Shown piece after piece: positions 13,285 through 27,760 of a DNA stretch of 64,000 bases. The notes under the pieces were generated by a model. The model ran no database searches and was not told the origin of the DNA. It saw only the letters and a program-made list of their open reading frames with translations. Each line of letters begins with the position of its first letter. Within the stretch, counting starts at the first letter, position 1. The stretch lies in the NCBI RefSeq assembly GCF_009914755.1, contig NC_060929.1; one strand, written 5' to 3'. The stretch comes from the human T2T-CHM13v2.0 reference genome, Homo sapiens. Position numbers and translations under genes: made by a program.

Positions 13285-13435
13285 TAACATTTGACTGGGA
13301 GTCAAAGACCTGGGTTTTAGTTTCTGTACCTCTATTAATTAGCAGTGTCCCTGAGCTAATCATCTTTCAGGGCTTTAGTTTTCTCAACCTTAAAATGAGA
13401 GAGTTAAACCAGGTGACTTCTAAAGTCCCTTTTAA
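13285..13435. mobile_element. MIR fragment
   Basis: gactgggagtcaaagacctgggtt...ctttagttttctcaaccttaaaatgag. Confidence 0.65.
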
Positions 13436-13830
13436 AATAAGGAACCAATGATTCTGTGTTAATTATTTTTAGTATTACATTTAAATATAAAGATTAGTAT
13501 AATGTAGATAGCTATAAATATTTGAAGTGTGTGTGGGTGAGGCAGGGAGTGGGGATAAAGGCATATGTTCCTAAGGCACAAACCATTTTCATCAAGGAGC
13601 TAAAGAAAATTATTACCATGCTTCATAGAGAAAAAGAAAAACCTAAAGATTAAATATCCCACAACACAACAGTCCTCTTTGTTGTGTCAGATTAAAGGTC
13701 AATTAGGAGAATAAAAAAGCTACACTTAACAATGAGAAAGTATGGTAGAAATTTGTTCATTCAAAAACATATATATATATTCAAAAACATATATATATCA
13801 AAAACATATATATATTTGAATGAACAAAAC

Positions 13831-13886
<56 letters not shown>
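13831..13886 (+). repeat. (AGAT)14 tetranucleotide microsatellite
   Basis: 56 bp perfect repeat at the tail position of an antisense AluJ. Confidence 0.97.
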
Positions 13887-13887
13887 T

Positions 13888-14480
<593 letters not shown>

Positions 14481-14965
14481 CATCAAATATTTATTAAACA
14501 CCCACAAAGGCACTGTTCTAAGTGGCTAGATATATCAGTGAACAAGGAAGATAAAAATGACTACCCGCTGATTAGGATTTTTCAAGGTTCACAGTCTTGT
14601 AATTAATAGGAGAAACAATTTCTATAAAAATTCTTTTCTACATCAGTCCACTAATCTGAGACAAATAGAATGTTCTCTTCACCAAATGGCGAGTATCAAT
14701 GAAAACCCAGGGAAAATAATATTTCAATCTGTTGTCTTTCCTCAAAAGTCATATTACATCATCCCTATTTGATAGAACATGTAGTGCTATGAATACTGAA
14801 GATCAAGGCTATGCTTTTAAAAAAGTTTCAAAATTAGGAAAAACTCATAAGGTAAGCTTATTTACTTTATAAGAGAAACTGGGTAGCATAGTTAGTACTC
14901 TGACATACGGAAACTACATTTATAGGTATAAATTCTCATTTCTACATGTTCTAGTGATCTGTGTA

Positions 14966-15318
14966 TGCTACGGACTGAATGTTTATGTCTGCATAAAATT
15001 CATATATTGAAATCCTAATCTCCAATGTGATGGTATTTGGAGGTGGGACCTTTGAGAAGTAATTAAGTCATGAGGGTGGAGCCTTCATGAATGGGATTAG
15101 TACGCCTATAAAAAGAGGCACAAGAGAGATGATCTCTTTCCTTCTGCCATGTGAGCATTATGGCCATCTGCAAGCCAGGAGGAGGGTCCTCTCCAGGAGT
15201 CAAATTGGCTGGCACCTTGATCTTGGACTTCCCAGCCTTCAGAACTCCAAAGAATAAATTTCTGTTGATTAAACTTCCTCATCTATGGCATTTTATTATA
15301 GCAGCCCAAACTAAAACA
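14966..15318 (+). mobile_element. MaLR solo LTR (MLT1A-like)
   Basis: TG..CA termini; ggcaccttgatcttggacttcccagcc motif; 5-bp TSD gtgta/gtcta. Confidence 0.88.
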
Positions 15319-16327
15319 GTCTAAAATAAATGGAATAACCCAAAGTAGAAGAAATAAAAGTATATACAAGCCAAGAAAATCAATAAATATTTGGTGACAA
15401 AATGAAAAAAAAATACTCTAATAGAAACGCAAACCAAATGTTCACCTCATTTTCTCCAAGTAGTCTTTTGGAGAAAAAATTACACCACTTAGAATCATAA
15501 TTTACTTCAGAATGAATGCCATTATGTTTTAAATAATTATTTTTCTATTATATCAAGAATTATTCATGGAATTTTAGACTTCTAGTTTCCTAAAAGAGAG
15601 ATTTTCCTTTATTTCTTGTCCTTTCTGCTAGCACAAAAGCAGTAGTTTCCCCTCCCCTTATTTTGATCTTTCATAAGCCCTTAGCTTTTTATCTCAATTC
15701 CCTAAGAATTAGAAGGAACCAGCTCTTTCTTCATATTAGCTAAAGGTAGATCCCTCAGTCGAAGTCTTTTCTTTTTGAAGGTCCCAGGCCCCTTAATGAA
15801 ACTGTTTTATAAATTATTTACCTGAAATTACTGGTGATACAAACTATTTTAAGCCCTAACTGCCTTGAAGACATATATGATAAAACTGTACATCTTAAAT
15901 GACACATTGCTCAAATGTTAATTTTGTTAATATTTTCTAACATTGTCAATAGAATCTAAAAATTCCATATAAATATGATTCCCCAACACCAGAATATTCT
16001 CTGTTCCTGAAGATTACGCTGTACTCGCTTTTCTCTGCCAAGTAAATTAATTCCCCAAGGGCCAGTTTTGAAACACTGCTTTCTCTTTAAAGAATTTCTA
16101 TAGGCTCCATTTCCCCTACTTCATCAGCACTTTATTTATACCACTTATCATAGAGGATTTAGTACACTGTGGTATAACATACTCCGATATGAAGGAACTG
16201 TACTTTAGAGGAAAGAATACAAAATACTATCAGAGCAACAACTATCTTAATGTCAAGATAATTAATTCTTAAAATAAGGCCAGCATTTCTTAGAATACCT
16301 AAAATTGATGTAGCAATATATAAGTCA

Positions 16328-16396
16328 CCTTATATCTCATTATATCTTACCTTATATCTCATTATATCTCAACTTGTATCTCATTATATCTCATCT
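16328..16396 (+). repeat. Degenerate ~11-bp tandem repeat (ttatatctca)
   Basis: About six imperfect copies. Confidence 0.8.
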
Positions 16397-16769
16397 TGGC
16401 TTTAAAAGTTCTTTAAATCTTAGTTTTTCAGTATAAATTAATAATAAAGAAAATTAAAAATCATTAAAAAGTAAAAAAAACCCTCTAAAATGTCAATTGC
16501 TAAGCATTTTCCATATTCTATCTTTTATTTTATGAGCACAATTTAGAACAATCAATGATGAAGAAAAGAATAACAATAATTTCCTTAGAATGAACGAATT
16601 AACATTTAGGACAGTTTACATGTCAGAAAACTTAGAAGTCTGAGGTACAGTTCTAAAACGCACAATTATACAGGACTTATGTAATTTAAAGTAACTTTGG
16701 ACTTTTTTGAGGATAAAATTATTCATGTGAAAGTAGCTTCCAAATTTGAAAACCTAGAAGTTTTAAAAC

Positions 16770-17062
16770 TTTTTTTTTTTGAGACGGAGTCTCACTCTGT
16801 TGCCCAAGCTGAAGTGCAGTGGCGCGATCTCGGCTCACTGCAACCTCCGCCTCCTGAGTTCAAGTGATTCTCCTGCCTCAGTCTCCTGAGTAGCTGGGAC
16901 TACAGGCATGTGCCACCACGCCTGGCTAATTTTTGTATTTTTAGTAGAGACAAGGTTTCACCATGTTGGCCAGGTTGGTCTCGAACTCCTGACCTTAGGT
17001 GATCCGCCTGCCTAGGCCTCCCAAAGTACTGGGATTACAGGTGTGAGCCACAGCACCCGGCC
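16770..17062 (-). mobile_element. AluS
   Basis: Full antisense dimer; flanks agaagttttaaa / agaactttttaaa. Confidence 0.95.
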
Positions 17063-20000
17063 AGAACTTTTTAAATGACTGTAAGAAATATATAATTACC
17101 AGGTTTAAGAAAATATAAACTTACAAAATAATTTAGCAAGTGATCATTTACTTAACAAAGACTTCTTACTTCACAAAATTGCTCACTTGAAGTTTTGCAA
17201 GTTCTGTGTTATACATATATAATAAAATATTACTTATGCAATGTTATTTGAATATGCCTTTTAGAAACATGTTCAAGAAGGAAGTTTAACTTTTTAAAGT
17301 TTACTACATCCTCCTCATTTTATGTAAAAGAAAACCGAAGACCAAATTTCTTAACTGCCATTTTAGTCTTCTTTTCTTTGTAACACCCTGCCATAGGAAT
17401 ACCTTTAGAATAACGGCAGATACACACACTTATGTACCAGGCTCATTTTATGGTCAGTTGGTCACAAAAAGCGTATGGTACATAAATAAATTGTTTGATG
17501 TGGCACTTTCTCTCAGGCCCTCAGCAACTGTGCAACCATTTATTAAATACTTAATGTGGAGTTCTTTAGTTACCACTCAAACATGAAAGGTGAAAATGTA
17601 GTGGTATTTCAGGTAGGCAAGCTAATTTGCACATAAAGCACCAATTAGCATGTGCTCTTGATTCACCAGACTAAAAAGAAATGTAACAACTGAAATAAAA
17701 TAAATTTCAAAAGCTCTATCTCTCTTTTCTGGAACATTTTTGGTGGAGTTTTGACAATATATGTAGTCTTTAGTCCAATTATTTGTGTTTTTAAGGGAAT
17801 AGTAGAGGATGGGTAGAGAATGGTGGTAAATGGGTACGGTATTAATTATCGTCATTATAACAAAGATGTTCATTATAATGTGGTTCATGAAGAATGGAAG
17901 AAAGCAGCTAGCACATTCGAAGACAGAATGTATGAAGCAAATGTTCAGTAAATATTTGGTTGCTTCAGTAGCTGGCCCATTGACCAAGTGATCACCAACC
18001 CTAATGGAAGACTAAAAGCCCGCAAAAGATATAATAAAGCTTGGTCCTCTTGTATAAAATCTCACCTGGACAATTTATTTGTCTTGTTAAAAATAGGCAG
18101 TATCCGTTGATGTGGTAAAGAGTAAATCAGACTATTGGTATAACATATCTGGTTGTCTAATGAGAAAATGCTTATAAAGTATGTCTAGAGGAAGAAATCC
18201 TGCTCGCTTAAATAGGATAAATTATATCTTCCAGAGGTCCTAAGTAAGAGTAAGTAAAAAACAAAGAGCTGGGGACCCCAAATATCCATACTAACAGTAT
18301 ACAAGAGAACTTATAATTTAGATGACTAATAAGGCCTTTCATTCTCTCCTGCTTTCAGGTTTCTCTTACTGTTTCTGGGTGACAGGGTTGAAAATAATGA
18401 GTCTTAGGTAGTTTTACAGAATTGCAGTATTTAGTAAACATGATTTGGCACAAAAGGATATCAGGTTAATTTATATACAATTTTGGAAGAAAAGTGTGGT
18501 AACTTACTGATCTTTTTCTGAAGCATACACCAGTCACAAGAACTGCTAACAATTCTATATAGCAGTTTGCCTCTCAGGTGTGTCTTATATAAGGCCATGT
18601 TTATAACTGGGAACCTAACGTTTTAGGTTGAAATATATTTTAGAAACTATAATATTCAGGTCTCAGAAACAACATATTTTAGTTGAAATATTTTCTTTCC
18701 ATTAAGAAAAGGCTCAGCATTTGAGTAAAAACATAAAACATTCTGCTTTCTTAATATCATATTGTCTTTAGCACATAACCATCTTTAGATTAAAAACCTG
18801 TAAGAAAATGGTTATTTGCCAAAAAGTAATTTTCTTTACTCAACGTTTAGGTAAAAACACAAGGTACAAAGTGAAATACAGCCTGGAAAAATATGGGTTA
18901 TCTTCAGTAATTATATTAACTACGTATATACCAAATCTATCTCACTTGGACCTGTGTAAACATGACTTTAGACATATTTATTCTTTCCTCTGATACTTTC
19001 TTTGCACTATTTGAAACAGTGTTGAATTCTGTTGAAGACAAAATTCCATGACATAAAAACTATTCTAGAATCTAAAACATAATTTTATAAAATGATAAAA
19101 ATGACTGTAAAATTATTTATTCATAGTTCTGCAAAAGTAATAAAAATACATTTACTATAAGATTTAACCAAAAGCATAAACATTCTTTAAAAAAGTAGTA
19201 CTTATTATTCATGATGTGCCCTTTTTTAGTTAATTTAATTATCTTTCCCGTATATAATTTTCTCTATATAGATTTCTATTCTGTATGTTGCTATTCTATA
19301 TTTTACTTACAAGCAAATCATTTTTTAAACTTAAATGTGTTAACGCTCTTGAAGTCATGTGCTATCAATAAGTATTAAATAAATAATATTGAGAATATTA
19401 CGTTGAAAAATCACTAGAGTATTGTGACATCCTTATTTCAGCCATCTTTAAGAATGTTCACATATTTTTATTTTTATAATTCCATGAGATACTTCATACA
19501 TTTTCTGTAGAAAAGTAATGATGCATAAATTATACATCAAATGAATTTTGTCAAAGTTACTTTACAATTCATATATCTTAATTTGTTTAGTTTCCTTTCT
19601 GTTTTTCATGAACATCTCCATCAGACATTACTGACACCCCAGTGGATAAGACATTCCTGATTAACACATTTTAATTCCAACTAGTACTAAACTAATTTAG
19701 ATCACAAGATGACATACTTATGCTGGCATATTCTGCTGATAAGCATAAGTATGCAGTTTATCTCCCATACATCTTAGATATTCTATCATCAACACTTAAT
19801 TAAAATAACTCACATAAAATAACTGTAAAGCAATGACAGATCCAGTTTCCTTGATGCTATTTTGGCAAGGCTAACCCAATAGAGCAGAGTTACAAACAAG
19901 TTGATTCTTCTACATGAATTTAGTCTAAGCATCAATATTGGCCGCTGATATTATGAGCTTTTTCAAGAAGATGAGACTTTTCCTCAAGTCTTCATTACCA

Positions 20001-20802
20001 GGTACTCATTGGATAAAGGTGTGTAGCAACAGACAGTGGGATTGTGAATGGGAGACTAAGCTGTCTGCTGGTCTAATAAACTGTGAATGTTTTCATAATA
20101 TTCTATAACAATTTTAAATAGTTTGTTTAAATCCATTTATATTCAGAAAAATTCGGTGTGAGGCAAGTATCTGGAGCTACTGTGCTCCTCTGCTGCCTCC
20201 TACTACTGATTAAAATGACAATGACAGATTAACCCATATTTAAAAAAATAACAGTTTGGGTAAGACAATAAAGATTTGAGATTTATAATTTAGGATAAAA
20301 TATTAGGCTGACTTAATCAAAAAGATGCTAAAACAATAATTTTTAAAAATCACCTGAACTTTTCATTAAAGAATGCAAAAATATTCCTCTTGTCTCCCTT
20401 TTCTCTACTTTATATTCCTACTTTCATGTAAACTTGCTCCAGATGAAGTATGGAAGATAGGTACTTCAATTTATTTAAATGTAACACTGCAAAAAAGCAT
20501 AGCGTTTTGTTCTTAAGTTTCTGATATCTTGATATGCTTGGGAAGTTTCTACTGATTAAGTGGTAGTCCTTTCAAATTCCCATGCAGAGATAACAGCATT
20601 TGTTAAAGAAACTGGCCTATGGGCTTGATCTTCTGATATAACTGGCTGGTTATATATGTTTTTACTTCTTTAGGAATGAAAAAATACTTGCATATTCATT
20701 TGGTTACTTATAGACATGAAGTTTATACTTAAAGCCACTCAACTCATATCTGAACTATGTAAGATGGTATTGAACTAGGTAAGATGTTTCTATAAAACAT
20801 AA

Positions 20803-21341
<539 letters not shown>

Positions 21342-21405
21342 CAGATTTTCATATTTTATAGAACTGAGAAATTATTATTGCACCAAGAAGTCTGTTTTGA
21401 AACTA

Positions 21406-21963
<558 letters not shown>

Positions 21964-22135
21964 TCAAAGGTATTTGTGATGTCAGAGAGTATTTGTAGAA
22001 TACAAAAATGACATAGAGAAGGTAGTATTCACATTTGCAGGCATTCCAAGTAATTAATTATACTTTACTCTTTTTTGATAAGCATCTTACTGTGCACAAA
22101 GGGTATTCAGTTACTCTATTCCCTGGTGTTGTTTC

Positions 22136-22453
22136 CTTTTCTTTCTTTCTTTTCTTTTTTTTTTTTTTTTTGAGATGGAGTCTCACTCTGTGGCCCAGGC
22201 TGGAGTGTAGTGGCGTGATCTGGGCTCACTGCAAGCTCCGCCTCTCGGGTTCACGCCATTCTCTCGCCTCAGCCTCCTGAGTAGCTGGGACTACAGGCGC
22301 CCACCACCACGCCCGGCTAATTTTGTTTTTGTATTTTTAGTAGAGACGGGGTTTCACCATGTTAGCCAGGATGGTCTCGATCTGACCTCGTGATCCTCCC
22401 GCCTTGGCCTCCCAAAGTGCTAAGATTACAGACGTGAGCCACTGCGCCCTGCC
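22136..22453 (-). mobile_element. AluY-like element
   Basis: Diagnostic gcaagctccgcc..ttcacgccatt; perfect 15-bp TSD ccctggtgttgtttc. Confidence 0.93.
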
Positions 22454-23392
22454 CCCTGGTGTTGTTTCTTGTACTGAAAATGGTACCCGATTGCTTGGGA
22501 GGATGGGAATAGCAGATACTCTTTTCCCATAGTTGCCAATAGGGCTGTTTTTTCTCTGTTCCTCAAAATAGTTTGTAAGAGCCAACATTTCACTCCTAGC
22601 AGCATTTCTCTGTCTTCCCTTGACTTCTCCCTCCACCTACTGCCTCATTTTTCACTTTCCTTTAAATCAAAACTCCTTGAGTTGGCCATACTCATTGCCT
22701 CCAATTTCTCTCCTCTCAGCTTAACCTAGATCCACTTTTATGAGGCTTTCACCCCCAGGACCACATTGAACAAGGCCACTAATGACTTCCTTGTTGTTAA
22801 ATCCAATGGTCAACTGTGAGCCATTGACTAATTTGACCTATCAGCAGTATTGGACACAGCTGATCATTCTTCTCCTCCTCAAAGCATTTTCCTCATTTGG
22901 CTTCCAGCATACTTCCTTGCCTGGTTATCTTTCTGTCTCAAGGGCTGCTCTTTTTGGCTGGTTCCTCTTCATTTTCCTAATTTCTTAATGTTAGAGTGTC
23001 CTGGGATCCATCATTGCACAGCTTCTTGTTTCCATCTATGCTCACTATCTTGTTGATGTCATCCAGGCTCATAGCTTCAAATATATTCCAATCCATATGC
23101 TAGTGACTCTCAGAGTTCTCTCTCTAGCTCAAGCCTCAAACATAAAAGTCCAGCCTCTCACATCTTGTTCCCTACTCAAAACCTCTTGCATGTCTAACAG
23201 CCATCTCAATCTTAACAAGTTCACAATTAAGCTGATAATTCCATCTCACACCTCCTCTTGAAGTTTTATACACATCAGTAAACATCAACTCCATTCTTCC
23301 AGCTGCACAGGACAAAAGCCTTGGATTCATCCTTGACTTGTCTTTTTATCTTGCCAACACATATCCAAACTATCATCAAAATCTGTTGGATC

Positions 23393-24738
<1,346 letters not shown>

Positions 24739-25693
24739 AAATCTGTTGGCTCTAGTATCAAAATATATAATCTAATTACTTCTCACCACTGCTACCTCCT
24801 TGGTGGTATAATAATCTCTTGTCAAAATTTTGCAATGACATGCAAACTGCTCTCCTTGTTTCCACACTTTCTTTTAACAGACTAATCTCCATGTGCAGCC
24901 AGAATGATGCTGTTAAAACCCTCCACTCAGAGGAAAATCCAAAGTCCCTACAATAACCTACAAGGTTCTTCTTGACTTGGATTTCTGTTATCTATGACTT
25001 CCTATCTCACAATTCTCCCCAGCTGATGCTCTACTTTATCTAGCCAGACTATCTTACTGTCCCTAAACAGTCATGCTTTGAACTGGAGGCCTTTGCACTT
25101 GTTTGTCCCTTAACCTAGAGCACTTTTCCCCCAGATATTACATGGTTTGTTCCCTCTCTTCCTTCAGGTCTTTACTCAAATACATCTTTTTGATGAGCCC
25201 TTTTCTGGCCACCCTATCCAAAACTTTTGCAATGCTGCCTAGTTTTCTTTTCTGTTTCATTTTTCTCCCTAGCCCTTATCACAACTAACATATCACATAT
25301 TTTAAAATAGTTATTTATTTTGCTCAGTTTCCCTTAGTAGACTAAGTTCTATGAAGACAAGAATTTCTATTTATCTTGTTCACTGTAGTGACTCTGGTAT
25401 GAATGGCAGGGGGGCAATATTTGTTGCTAAATATCATTGACAATCTTAGCTAGTGATCCTCAAATTTTAGTTTGTAAGACTTATCTGTTAAAAACAAAAC
25501 AAACAACAAAACCATAACTAAAACTAAAGGATTTGTAGCCCCATACTCCCTACCCCCAAGAATTCTAGTCCCCTAAGAGTTGGGTGGCTCCCAGGACTCT
25601 CGTATTAGTATTCCACAGAACCCCCTTAGAGAAACGCTGGTCCTTACCCTTTGGATCTCTCATAGGCTACCTTTTATCACATTCATGTAGAAC

Positions 25694-25915
25694 AGAAGTA
25701 GGCAAATTATGGCTCACAGGCCAAATGCTGCCCATCACCTGTTTTTTTTTGTAAGTGAAGTTTTACTGAAACACAGCCATGCTCTTTAATTTACATAATG
25801 TCTATGGTTGCTTTTATGCTACAACCCAGTTGAGTGGCTGTGAGAGACCGTGTGACCTGCAAAGCCTAAAATATTTTCTATCTGGCCTTTCACAGGAAAA
25901 TTTTGTTGACCCCTG
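25694..25915. mobile_element. MER58A hAT MITE, opposite orientation to the 9.5-kb copy
   Basis: ggcaaattatggc...gttttactgaaacacagccatg...aaagcctaaaatattt..tctggccttt..gacccctg. Confidence 0.8.
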
Positions 25916-27741
25916 ATATAGAACATAAGACAAATTGTTCCTGAACGCTACCTTGTAATAAGTTATTCTTTTAAAAAGCTAAAGTCTTTCTAATATATGC
26001 TTAAGACAAATCTATTCCCCCTAAATATGTAATTAATAGTATATTTAAATGCCTGTTCCTTATCTTTAATTCCCCAAAGAATGTGGAGCATTTTTGTTTC
26101 TGTAACCAACACTAAAATAAAAACTAAATTAAATTGTGTTATAAATAGCCTTTGCATATTTACAATTTCCTCTCTATATAAATTTTTTTTATCAAGAAAT
26201 GTCAATAAAAACTACAGCACTCGGAAGAATTTTCAATAATATTTTCAAAAGAAAAACTATAATTTCAAATGATCTGAACAATAGCTAAGCTCTTATCTCA
26301 GATGTGATTTTAAACTATGATGCTTTATTGTTTCATACTAAATGTGTTGGACATCTTTGGCTTGCAGGAGTAGCATGAAAAGTGAAAGGAAAACCAAATA
26401 CTGGTCTAGAATGACCAGCCTAAATTTCTCCTAAATACGCAGTTTGGCTAACAAATAAACAACAAAAAATTGGATTTCTAATAGGAAAGTGTTTCATTTG
26501 ATTCTAACTGGAAAACCCAAGTAAAGACTCTGAATACCTGACACTCCCTTCTTTGCTCTCTGTCCATCCAGTTACTGCTGTAGGGTCTTTAGTTGCCTGA
26601 ATTGCAATTTTTAAAAAAGCTTACTTAGTTATTCAAGCTGGGCAGTTTTAATTTGTTCTAATAGTTGAGGCCAGAAAAACTATTACCACAACTGCAGGAC
26701 AGCATTATCAAAGCCAGCAGCTGTTAGGCACCTTTGTTTTTTTAGTTGCTTTTATCTTTATAACAGGGAAAGATCTGTTCTATTTTCAACATTTAGAATC
26801 TGTGTTCTTTAAAGATACAAAATTATATTTTTAAGAAAATTAAACTTAATTTTTATTTCTTGAGGTTTGATAAATAAGCCAACTTCCTCACCTCCACTAT
26901 CTAAATCCTAGGTGTATTTAATTCTGAGAAATACTATTTCTAACGTCTGAATTTTTTTAAACTATATATATTAATGCTGTTAGATATTCTAGTCTAATAA
27001 ATTAATTCTACTTCAGAGTTTCAGTACCCTACTCATTCAAACTAAGAAGGATATAACAAGTAATCTTTTGGTTCATTTATCTAAGATCTAAGATGGTATT
27101 TATAACTTCCTAAGAGGGAAAGGGAGTTTCTCCTGGCTTAGAGTACTTTCTGAGACTAATTTCTGAAACAACCATAGTCAAGAAAGATAAGAGGAAAGGC
27201 AAACCACTGGAAGTGAAGGTAATGCCAAGACTAATAACAGAAGGAAATTGAGAGGGCATGTAGATTATTTAACTATATGTATATAAACGGCTGGATTTAG
27301 GAAGTCTGAATAGGAATAGCAGAGTAGATGAATATAGATACTAAGGTATCTTCAAAATGCAGAATTTATTTCCAGAAATAAACATCTATCTCCCAAAAAC
27401 ATTTAACCAGGACTTATAAAACCATATATTATTGGTTTTCTTTTTTAGTTTTGAGTGTCATATTAAATAATTATTTTTCTCATTTTTGATTTTTTCTTTT
27501 AAAATATCAAAAATATTATACACTTTGAGCTTTTTGTCCTTGTTGCTTTATGAATGTTGTTTATATGGAGCCTTCCTTAGTCAATAACACCACCATGGAG
27601 AAAAGAGGAAATTTCTTACTATTTTTTTTTCTTATTGCGTTATTACTATGTCAAAGCATTAGGTCAGCTTGCTACAGTGCAGCCTTGCTAAAAATAGAAA
27701 GTCTAGAAAAAGGCCCTGAACAAGTGGAGCCATCTGCAAAC

Positions 27742-27760
27742 TACCACTAGATGGCAAGGC
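27742..27760 (+). promoter_or_regulatory. Candidate CTCF site
   Basis: CCACTAGATGGCA (27744-27756) matches the CTCF core CCASYAGRKGGCR; motif evidence only. Confidence 0.45.

Noticed and set aside
13758-13815. Direct repeats as a CRISPR-like array (also 16328-16396)
   Set aside because: Eukaryotic low-complexity tandem repeats with no unique spacers and no cas genes.
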